Positions 15,178-23,000 of a DNA stretch of 24,464 nucleotides are shown here, piece by piece. Below the pieces are notes generated by a model. The model did no database searches, was not told where the DNA came from, and saw nothing but the letters and a program-made list of their open reading frames with translations. A program made the translations under genes and the position numbers. This DNA is from Deltaproteobacteria bacterium (GTDB lineage Bacteria; Myxococcota; UBA727; VGSZ01): assembly GCA_043744135.1 (NCBI GenBank), contig JAYTVG010000281.1:1-24464 (forward strand). The letters are read 5' to 3'. Numbering within the stretch: the first letter of the stretch is position 1; each line of letters starts with the position of its first letter.

Positions 15178-17475
15178 ATGTCCACGTACTGCCGCTTCAC
15201 GTTGTCGCTCGCGTTTGTCTGCGTCCAAGCCGGCTGCACCAGCTGCGGGGCTGGGCCGCAACCGTTTGCAGCAGGTGAGGGCGAAGGCGAGGGTGAGGGT
15301 GCGGGCGAAGGTGAGGGTGAGGGTGAGGGCGAGGGCGAGGGTGAGGGTGAGGGCGAACGTGATGCGGGGCCGCCGCCGCTGGATGTGTTCGGCCTGGACG
15401 ACCGCCCGACCAACACCACCTGCACGGCACCGCCACCGCCGCCCGCGGGCACTGGCGAGGTGGCCTTGGTGCAGCGTTGGCCCGACCTGCAAGTGTCGCG
15501 GCCGGTGTTCATGCTGCAAGAGCCTGGCACCAACCAAATCTACGTCGTGGAGCAAGCGGGCCGGTTGGTGCGCTTTGACAAAGACGACACCGCGGTCACC
15601 GTGCCGCAAGAGATGTTGAACATCACCGGGCCTGTCACCTTTGGCGGTGGCGACGGCAGCGAGGACGGCCTGCTGGGGATGGCGTTTCACCCGCAGTGGC
15701 CTGACGTCGCTGACGTGTTCGTGTTTTACACCACCGCTGACGACAGCATCGATCGCGTGGCGCGTTTCCCGCTCGGTGGCGACGGCACCTTTGACGAGAC
15801 CGCGCAGGAGATCGTGCTCGACATCGACGACTTCGCCTCCAACCACAACGGCGGCATGATCCGCTTCGGCACCGACGGCTATTTGTACATCGGCACCGGC
15901 GACGGCGGTGCCGGTTTCGACCCGTTTGAAAACGGCCAAGACGGCTTGAGCCTACTCGGCAAAATGCTCCGCATTGACGTCGACAACCCGCAAAATGGTA
16001 ACGCCTACGGCATCCCGCTGGACAACCCGTTCGTCGGCAACGCTGCGTTTGCTCCCGAGGTGTGGGCGCGTGGTTTGCGCAATCCCTGGCGCTGGAGCTT
16101 TGATGCGTTCACGGGAGATCTATGGGTGGGCGACGTCGGGCAGGTGCGCTGGGAAGAAATCAACATCGTCGAGCGCGGCGGCAACTACGGCTGGGACGTG
16201 TTTGAGGGCACGGAGTGTTTAGATGACACCTCAGGGCCCTCGGGTCCGTGCGATTTGGGCGGCACCAAACCACCGGTGACGACGTATTTTCACGACAGCG
16301 GCCGCTGTGCTGTGGCGGGCGGTAACGTCTACCGCGGCAGCGCCTATCCCGAGTTTGAGGGTAAGTATTTTTTCGGCGACCACTGCTCAAGCGAAGTGTT
16401 CGCGCTGGAATTTGACGGCGAGGTGGGCACCGGGGTGGAGGTCGCCAACAACGGCAACAACGTTGATGCGTTTGGCGAAGACGCGGACGGCGAGCTGTAT
16501 GTCATCTCCACGCCGGGTGGCACCATCGAGCAGATCACGCGATCGACAGACCCCGCCATCGACAACTTTCCGCAGACGTTGTCGGCCACCGGGTGCATGG
16601 ACGCTGTCGACACCACCCAGCCCGGCCCCGGCCTCATCCCGTACACCGTCGCGCACGCGTTTTACTCCGACGGTGCCGACAAGGAGCGCTTCATGGCGCT
16701 GCCCGAGGGACAAAACGCGATCGTCGACGCGACGACGGGCGACATCGACTTTCCTGTCGGCACGGTGTTTGTGAAGACGTTTCGCGTGGCGGGGCAGTTG
16801 GTGGAGACGCGGTTGTTTATCCGCCATTCGCAAGATCAATGGGGCGGCTATTCTTATGAATGGAACGATGCTGGCACCGATGCGACGCTGCTGCCCGCCG
16901 CCAAAAACAAGACGCTCAATAGCGGCCAGACGTGGTCGTATCCCGCGCGCAACGCCTGCCTGACGTGTCACACCGCGGCCGCCGGTCGCAGCTTGGGGCT
17001 TGAGGTGCCGCAACTTAACGGCGGTTTCACGTATCCCTCGGGGGTGTTCGCCAACCAACTCGCCACGCTCGATCACATCGGCGTGCTGAGCTTGCCCGCA
17101 CCTGTCGACACGCTGCCGGTGTTTGCCGCCATTGATGCCGATGGCTTTTCGATTGAGGCGCGCGCGCGCGCGTACCTGCACGTGAACTGTTCGAGCTGCC
17201 ATCGACCCGGCGGCATCGGCCAAGGTCCGTCCGACCTGCGGTTTCAAACGGCGTTTGGCGACATGGCGATCTGCGACCGCACACCGTCGGAGGGCGACTT
17301 TGGCATCGCTGACGCGCGCGTGTTTGCGCCGCAAGATCCGTCACGCTCAATGTTGTCGGTGCGTATGCACCGCCTGGGCGCGGGACGCATGCCGCTGCTC
17401 GGCAGTAACGTCGTCGACGCGGCGGGCGCCGCCTTGGTCGACAGCTGGATCGTGCAAACGACGACGTGCCCGTAG
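15178..17475 (+). CDS. Exported PQQ-dependent sugar dehydrogenase (GSDH/YliI-like beta-propeller) fused to a C-terminal diheme c-type cytochrome domain
   Basis: Signal peptide with Cys, GE repeat. EDGLLGMAFHP, NHNGGMIRFGTDGYLYIGTGDGG, GKMLRIDVD, GLRNPWRWSFD, WEEIN, GGNYGW. Two CxxCH motifs (CLTCH, CSSCH) and RMPLLG. Confidence 0.88.
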   Translation: MSTYCRFTLSLAFVCVQAGCTSCGAGPQPFAAGEGEGEGEGAGEGEGEGEGEGEGEGEGERDAGPPPLDVFGLDDRPTNTTCTAPPPPPAGTGEVALVQRWPDLQVSRPVFMLQEPGTNQIYVVEQAGRLVRFDKDDTAVTVPQEMLNITGPVTFGGGDGSEDGLLGMAFHPQWPDVADVFVFYTTADDSIDRVARFPLGGDGTFDETAQEIVLDIDDFASNHNGGMIRFGTDGYLYIGTGDGGAGFDPFENGQDGLSLLGKMLRIDVDNPQNGNAYGIPLDNPFVGNAAFAPEVWARGLRNPWRWSFDAFTGDLWVGDVGQVRWEEINIVERGGNYGWDVFEGTECLDDTSGPSGPCDLGGTKPPVTTYFHDSGRCAVAGGNVYRGSAYPEFEGKYFFGDHCSSEVFALEFDGEVGTGVEVANNGNNVDAFGEDADGELYVISTPGGTIEQITRSTDPAIDNFPQTLSATGCMDAVDTTQPGPGLIPYTVAHAFYSDGADKERFMALPEGQNAIVDATTGDIDFPVGTVFVKTFRVAGQLVETRLFIRHSQDQWGGYSYEWNDAGTDATLLPAAKNKTLNSGQTWSYPARNACLTCHTAAAGRSLGLEVPQLNGGFTYPSGVFANQLATLDHIGVLSLPAPVDTLPVFAAIDADGFSIEARARAYLHVNCSSCHRPGGIGQGPSDLRFQTAFGDMAICDRTPSEGDFGIADARVFAPQDPSRSMLSVRMHRLGAGRMPLLGSNVVDAAGAALVDSWIVQTTTCP
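15274..15357 (+). repeat. (Gly-Glu)n coding microsatellite
   Basis: GG(T/C)GA(G/A) hexamer about 14 times with one GA unit: GEGEGEGEGAGEGEGEGEGEGEGEGEGE. Confidence 0.95.
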
Positions 17476-17508
17476 TCGACGTCGGGCGCTGGGGTAAGCA
17501 AATACGCG

Positions 17509-18531
17509 TTACGCGCTTTTAAACTGCACCGGCAGCAACACACCGCGCGCCTTGAGCTGTTGTTTGACCCACGCTTTGATCGTCGTCGCTGGGTAGGTAC
17601 GGTCCGGGCGGATACCAACCTCGACGCGCGGCCCTTTGACGCGCACGCTCATGACCGCGTCTTCGATGCAGCGGTCGCGTGTGCTCCTTGCTTGCGCGGT
17701 TTTAACCGCCGCTGCAAACGTCGCCACCACGTCTTTCATGGTCGGGGGCGGCACGAACGTGGCGGTGTCGATGACGATGTGACGGGGTTTGACGCCCAAC
17801 TCCGCGCATAGGCTGCGCACGGCGGCTACGATATCAGCGTCGCTGCGCTGGGCGGGCTGGCGCACGCTAACGCGCAGCGCGTCGCCGTCTACGCGCAAAC
17901 CAACAACCTCTTGGTGCGGGTTTGCTGTGCTGCCGGCGCGCGCCATCAGCTGCGCGGCATCAAACAAGCGCTGCGCGTCGGCGCTGCACAGTGGTGGCGG
18001 CGGATCGGCGCGCTTGAGGTGGACGCTGAGTGCAGCACCCCCAGCAGCAGCGATCAGCGGGGCACAGCGCGTGCGCACATCGACGTCGCTCAAGACAGCG
18101 TCCGCGTCGATCACGACCTGCACGGTTTTGGCATCGACAGCTTCGACGTGGCTGATGCCTTCAAGGCGTCGCGCGTCGCTGCGATCGGCGCTGAGCGCGG
18201 CATTGACCTCCGCGGCGACGGCGCGCGCCTCTCCCGTCGTCAATAGCTCCAGTCGAGCGCCTTCGGGCACGCCGCACGCTTGCAGCAGGGCGCGCGTAGC
18301 GTCGCGGATGGCGCCGCGCGAAAACAGCGCATGCGCGTCGATAGTGGCGAGCACAGCGCCGTCGTGCACGTGCAGGCCGCGGATGCAGCGTTGCACCGCA
18401 TCGGGGTCGTTTTTGAAGCTGGTGATGCGCAGCAGCGCCTGCGCGACCGCCGCACGCAAGGTGTGCGGATCGACGGTCACAGCCACTGCGACCGGCCATC
18501 TGCGCTGCGGACTAGGGTGGTTTGTGCCCAT
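17509..18531 (-). CDS. Hypothetical protein with four tandem about 75-85 aa alpha/beta modules
   Basis: Long ORF, probable start ATG 18531. Each module reads helix, strand, strand, helix, strand. Confidence 0.6.
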   Translation of the reverse strand: MGTNHPSPQRRWPVAVAVTVDPHTLRAAVAQALLRITSFKNDPDAVQRCIRGLHVHDGAVLATIDAHALFSRGAIRDATRALLQACGVPEGARLELLTTGEARAVAAEVNAALSADRSDARRLEGISHVEAVDAKTVQVVIDADAVLSDVDVRTRCAPLIAAAGGAALSVHLKRADPPPPLCSADAQRLFDAAQLMARAGSTANPHQEVVGLRVDGDALRVSVRQPAQRSDADIVAAVRSLCAELGVKPRHIVIDTATFVPPPTMKDVVATFAAAVKTAQARSTRDRCIEDAVMSVRVKGPRVEVGIRPDRTYPATTIKAWVKQQLKARGVLLPVQFKSA

Positions 18532-18671
18532 CGCGAGCGACACGCTAGCGCTGTTGAGACGTGTCGTGGCTAAAAACGGCGCGCGCTGGCACACCGGCAA
18601 GCGGATCGCGGGCACCGTAACGCTTGATGTTTACGTGGCTTTGCGGGCGGGTCGACGCCGTACGATCCCGC

Positions 18672-18700
18672 GCGCAACGCGCCGCGCCAGCCTGCGATAA
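18672..18700 (+). promoter_or_regulatory. Bipartite promoter-like motif GCGCAACGC-N13-GCGATAA upstream of the SctI-like gene
   Basis: GCGCAACGC 18672-18680, 13-nt spacer, GCGATAA 18694-18700; ends 35 nt before the ATG. Same as 7445-7473 on the minus strand. Confidence 0.7.
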
Positions 18701-18735
18701 CCTCGCAGTACAGTGTTTTTGCGCAGGAGCATCCC

Positions 18736-19260
18736 ATGGTAGATCCCGTCTCAGGTGGCATCGGCAAAGCCAGCCAACAAATGATGCAAGAGCTCCAAAA
18801 GGAGATGCAAAAAGGCCAAGACCAAGTCGGTAAGCCGGGCTTTAACGACACGATGGCGCAGCAAGTCAACCAGACCCAAGGCGTGCAGCACACGCAGGGG
18901 ATCCAGCCTGTACAAGAAGCGCAAAAGGTCAACGAGGCCACCAAAGCTGCCGACGTTCTGCGCACCGCACAAAGCCAAAGCGTGCAAGGCGTCAACCCGG
19001 ACACCGGCGTCAAGCCGATCGAAAAAAAGGCCGAGTCCAAAGAGGCGGGCCTCAAGGCCGTGCTCAACCAGGTGGTCGACGGACAAAACAAGCTCGACGA
19101 CATCATCAAGATGGCCACCAGCGGCAAGGTGTACGGCAACCAACAGCTGCTGGCGATTCAAGCCTCGGTCTACAAGTTCAGCCAAGAGCTCGATTTGACG
19201 TCGAAGGTGGTGGAAAAAGCCACCAGCGGCGTCAAGCAGACCATGCAGACCCAGGTTTAA
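18736..19260 (+). CDS. Putative T3SS inner-rod protein (SctI/YscI/HrpB2-like)
   Basis: AGGAG RBS. Gln-rich, likely disordered N-terminus. C-terminal QQLLAIQASVYKFSQELDLTSKVVEKATSGVKQTMQTQV matches the recalled SctI/HrpB2 C-terminal pattern (L..Q.......ELx.K...K....V..L). Confidence 0.75.
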   Translation: MVDPVSGGIGKASQQMMQELQKEMQKGQDQVGKPGFNDTMAQQVNQTQGVQHTQGIQPVQEAQKVNEATKAADVLRTAQSQSVQGVNPDTGVKPIEKKAESKEAGLKAVLNQVVDGQNKLDDIIKMATSGKVYGNQQLLAIQASVYKFSQELDLTSKVVEKATSGVKQTMQTQV

Positions 19261-19317
19261 TGCCTGCGGGTTTGCGCCGCGTCGCGCCTCATCGCGCCTC
19301 ATCCAAACTGCGCTGGG

Positions 19318-19812
19318 CTACTGCGCAAACAAACGGCGTAGGTGGGCCTCATCCACCACCGCACCGACCGAAAACACCACGCGCGGGTTGCGCTGAACCT
19401 CAGTGACTTGGTGCTTGACGACGTCAGGGCGAAACAGCAGCGCGTCACCTTCGTCGAAGATCTGCTCGTCACCGTCGAAGTAAAGCACGCCCCCCTGCCC
19501 CGCGAGCAGCAGCGCATTGAACCGCACGTGGTGAAGCTGGTCGGGGACTGGGTCTGTGTGCGCGGGGATCGCACTGCCAACAGGGTAGCGCAGCAGCCAC
19601 GCATCCACCATGAGCGGGTCGCCAAGCGCCAAGCGCGCACGTTTGATCAAGCGCTCGCACGCCAGGTGCTCAAGCACGTCTTTTTTTTCGTAGCCGGTGC
19701 CCTGGCGCCCCGGCCCCCAGCCGCTGTCGTTGCGCGCCACGTTGAGCAACACCACGCGTTCGCGCGGTGTTAAAAACCCCGGCAGGGCACGCGACCACAC
19801 GTCAGCCGCCAC
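19318..19812 (-). CDS. 2-oxoglutarate/Fe(II)-dependent oxygenase family protein
   Basis: LLRYPVGSAIPAHTDP (HxD), GGVLYF, FRPDVVKHQV (distal His), RVVFSVG (2OG-binding Arg). GTG start overlaps the OPT stop region. Confidence 0.82.
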   Translation of the reverse strand: MAADVWSRALPGFLTPRERVVLLNVARNDSGWGPGRQGTGYEKKDVLEHLACERLIKRARLALGDPLMVDAWLLRYPVGSAIPAHTDPVPDQLHHVRFNALLLAGQGGVLYFDGDEQIFDEGDALLFRPDVVKHQVTEVQRNPRVVFSVGAVVDEAHLRRLFAQ

Positions 19813-21670
19813 CGCCGAAGATGGTCATGAGGGTGCCGCTCGCGATCAGGCCCGCTAGGCCCAAGTACAGCGCATACAACGCGTCACCGGCGATGAGGCC
19901 ACCGCCCACGAGGCTGGTGGTGCTCATGTCTTCGGGCAGCGCATCGCCTGGTTTGGCGGGATTGGCGAGGCGTTTGCGCGCGCCATACCAGTTGAAGATG
20001 CTCGCGAAGATGCCGCCGAGGCCAAACCACAGCGCTGTCGTGAAGTCGACGAAGCCGCCAAACGACGAGGCGTAAGGTGATGCGACCAGCAGTCCGTCGA
20101 CGACAAAGTCGAGGCCGGGGTTTTTCAGTGACCACGCCTGATACGCGGTGCTGGCGCGCAGCAGCTTGCGGATGATTTGAATCACAAGGCCCACACCAAT
20201 GCCCAAAAACATCACCGACAGCACTTTGGATTTGTCGCTGTCTAACGTGTTGAGGACGCCGACAAACTTGTAGGTCATCGCGGCTTGCCAACCGCGGGCG
20301 GCGCCATCGCGCAGCTCGGGGTGCAAAAACAGGTTTTCTTTGAGCACCGGGTACGCTTGCAAAAACACCCGCGTCATCAGCACGGCCAAAAACGCGCCCA
20401 TGATGATGCCAATGACTTGGAATCGAAACTGGATGGTGCGGTCCGAGCCCAAGCGTGCGCCGGTGGAGCGATCTTGCTGCATGTCGACGCCGACCGTGCA
20501 GCTGACCAGCAAGATCGAACCCGTGAGCAAACCGACGAGCGGATCTTTGAGGCCGAGACCAGCCATGATCAGCACCGTGACGACGAACGCAGACGAGATC
20601 GGGTTTTGATCGGTGATTCCCTGCGAGATGCCGTTAATCATCTGAAAGACGAACGCCATGGCGATAGCGAACAACACCCATCCCACGGGGATGAGCAAAA
20701 TCTGCGAGGCCACCAGCAGCAACGCGACGCCCCAAAACGCCACCCACATCAGCAAGCGCTTGACGTTGGTGGGATTTTTTTCCGGCTCCTGCACCTGCGT
20801 GCTGGCGGCTCGAAAGCGCGCGTAAGCGTCCTTGGCGAGCATGCTCATATCGATGATGGCGGCGCCTAAGATGGTCCCCAGCGCAAAGATGAAGCCGATC
20901 TTGCGAAATGGATCGTGCTCACCCAAATAGCCATGGGTCCGCAACCACGGGGTGAGGAAGTAGCCGACGGCGCCAACCACGATCGCCGACGCCGAGATGC
21001 GCGCCCCAACGATCATGCCGCCGCCAAACGTGCTGGCGGAAAACGACGTCACAAATGCCCAGCTCATGGCTTGCATGGCGGTCATCTTGAGCGCGAGCTT
21101 TTCGCCCTGCGCGGCAGCTTTTTCATACGCGGCGTTGAGCATCTCGACGACTTTGCCAAGCACCAGGCCGCCCGCGATACCGCCCACCAGCTTGCCGACG
21201 GACTTGCGCAAGATCTCGGGGTCGGTGAGCGCACGCAAGATGTTGGCGACGGCGAGACCGGAGGGATACGTCAGCTTGAGTTTGTCGACGAGGATGGGCG
21301 TGTACAGCATGCCCACACCCACGCCGAACATGCCGATGCACAAAAAATACAAGATGAGGTGCCACGCGGGCGGCTCCGGCATCTTAAGCCACACCATCGC
21401 TTGGATGAGCACGCCCATCGCCGCCATCGATGCCACCGACGCCGCCATGGTCTGCATGTAGTTGGCGCCGTGCTTGCCCTCAGGGCCGTAGCCGAGCGTG
21501 ACCACCGAGCCCAAAATGCCCGCGAGCACCTGCCCGCCGACGAAAAAACCCAGCGAGAAGTTCATATAGCTGGCGGTGACGCCGCCCAGCGGGCCGAGGA
21601 TGAAGATGGCAACCACGCCCAGCAAAATGAAATAGCCGGGGCTGTTTAGCTTGGGGAGAAACTTCTTCAT
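19802..21670 (-). CDS. OPT/YSL-family oligopeptide or metal-chelate transporter
   Basis: Highly hydrophobic 622 aa. NYMQTMAASVAS, LTYPSGLAVANIL, TDQNPISS, DMQQDRSTG, VGGGLIAGDAL; last motifs typical of the OPT family. Confidence 0.88.
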   Translation of the reverse strand: MKKFLPKLNSPGYFILLGVVAIFILGPLGGVTASYMNFSLGFFVGGQVLAGILGSVVTLGYGPEGKHGANYMQTMAASVASMAAMGVLIQAMVWLKMPEPPAWHLILYFLCIGMFGVGVGMLYTPILVDKLKLTYPSGLAVANILRALTDPEILRKSVGKLVGGIAGGLVLGKVVEMLNAAYEKAAAQGEKLALKMTAMQAMSWAFVTSFSASTFGGGMIVGARISASAIVVGAVGYFLTPWLRTHGYLGEHDPFRKIGFIFALGTILGAAIIDMSMLAKDAYARFRAASTQVQEPEKNPTNVKRLLMWVAFWGVALLLVASQILLIPVGWVLFAIAMAFVFQMINGISQGITDQNPISSAFVVTVLIMAGLGLKDPLVGLLTGSILLVSCTVGVDMQQDRSTGARLGSDRTIQFRFQVIGIIMGAFLAVLMTRVFLQAYPVLKENLFLHPELRDGAARGWQAAMTYKFVGVLNTLDSDKSKVLSVMFLGIGVGLVIQIIRKLLRASTAYQAWSLKNPGLDFVVDGLLVASPYASSFGGFVDFTTALWFGLGGIFASIFNWYGARKRLANPAKPGDALPEDMSTTSLVGGGLIAGDALYALYLGLAGLIASGTLMTIFGGGG

Positions 21671-21713
21671 GGGTGGCGTTTCACCACGAACGCAGCCGCC
21701 GCGAAAGAGGGCG

Positions 21714-22811
21714 TTAGTCGACCGGCACCACGGCCACGCCAGCCGCTGAAGCGGACGCGGCGATGAACGTTGCAGTCGGAGTCGCACGCGCCGTGCGGTC
21801 GTACACTAAGCCGATAGGCAGCCCCTGCCCCACTAGGCCGCGCAAGGACAGTAGCGCCGGCGACACCGCGTCTTTGGTGCGTGCGGCGTACTCGTGTGCG
21901 GTGGTGCCGTTCGCGGTCCACTGCCGCGTGAACTGCGCGATCTTCGTCGTGTCGCAGCGCAAGCCCACCGCCATGCCGGCGTCGGTCGCTTGCATCGCGA
22001 GTTGAAACATCCCTTGCGGCATGCCCGACATCGACAACGCTACCGCGTCGCGCTGGGTCATGGCCTTGACCACTTCGAGTTGGCTGATGTGCTGTGCGAG
22101 CAGCAATAACTCGGTGCAGCTGCGCAGCAGGTCGAGCATGTCCGCGTCAGCGCCGAGCACCACGCTGAAGCCCACGCCGACCATGGTCGCGTCCGCCTCA
22201 GGCCCGCTGACAGCGACGCCGCCCGCAGACACCACCGGCGCCTTCACGCCGACCGCTTCACGCTGCGCATCTTGCACCGCGCCGGCGATGGTGCGCGGTG
22301 CGCTGCGCAACAGCTCGCCGTGCTTGCGTTGGGTGAGCGCATTGGCCTCCATATAGCCCGCGCTCTCGAACACCGTTTGCAGCTGCGCCAACAGCGCCTG
22401 CGGCGACACCGTGCGCAAATCAACGCGCTGCTGACCAAACTCCTGAAACAACGACTGCCGTCCAGCACGCGCGCGGTTGATGGCTATTTTGACGTCAAGA
22501 TCGGCGGCGTTTGCGCGCCCACGCGTCACCAGCGGCAGCACCACGGCATCGTCAACGCCAAGCACCATGGACGCGACGCGGGCGAACTGTTCCGCCGCGT
22601 CGCGCACGCTGCGGGCGGTCGGATCCGCCACCCACGACGTTGGCAGCGCGCCGACGAGCGCCTTGGCGCTGGCTTTGCCGCCGCTCATTTTGGCGACGTC
22701 GGCAGCCACCTCGGTTGCAAGCGTGCTGAGCACCTCGCCCGACGACGCGCTGCCGACCAACCCCGCCACAGCGGTGAGAAACGTGTCGCGCGGGAGGGCT
22801 TTAAGACGCAT
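21714..22811 (-). CDS. Hypothetical protein (365 aa)
   Basis: Long ORF co-oriented 43 nt upstream of the OPT gene; probable start ATG 22811; no family recognised. Confidence 0.6.
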   Translation of the reverse strand: MRLKALPRDTFLTAVAGLVGSASSGEVLSTLATEVAADVAKMSGGKASAKALVGALPTSWVADPTARSVRDAAEQFARVASMVLGVDDAVVLPLVTRGRANAADLDVKIAINRARAGRQSLFQEFGQQRVDLRTVSPQALLAQLQTVFESAGYMEANALTQRKHGELLRSAPRTIAGAVQDAQREAVGVKAPVVSAGGVAVSGPEADATMVGVGFSVVLGADADMLDLLRSCTELLLLAQHISQLEVVKAMTQRDAVALSMSGMPQGMFQLAMQATDAGMAVGLRCDTTKIAQFTRQWTANGTTAHEYAARTKDAVSPALLSLRGLVGQGLPIGLVYDRTARATPTATFIAASASAAGVAVVPVD

Positions 22812-22930
22812 GGGTTGGGTAGCAGCTGCACACGGCGTTTGGCGCGCAGCGGTGGCCAAATCTTGCGAGGCATGTCGCGTTCCGTTTGAAACGTCGACGT
22901 GATGCACAGGCACGTGGTGGGCGACCGGCG

Positions 22931-22947
22931 CTGGCATGCGACCTGCT
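22931..22947 (+). promoter_or_regulatory. Sigma54 (-24/-12) promoter candidate
   Basis: CTGGCATGCGACCTGCT versus consensus YTGGCACGRNNNTTGCW, with exact GG-N10-GC spacing, ending 53 nt upstream of ATG 23001. Confidence 0.55.
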
Positions 22948-23000
22948 CTCACCTGTTACGCACGATGTTCGTGCCAACCCAAGAAAGATGCAGGACCTCC

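Noticed and set aside
15087-15533. Upstream extension of the minus-strand ORF with SPSPSP repeats
   Set aside because: Antisense reading of the GE repeat of the dehydrogenase gene; the lipoprotein signal starts at 15086.
19272-19303. Tandem TCGCGCCTCA x2 after the sctI-like gene
   Set aside because: Only two copies of a 10-mer; no terminator or known element structure.
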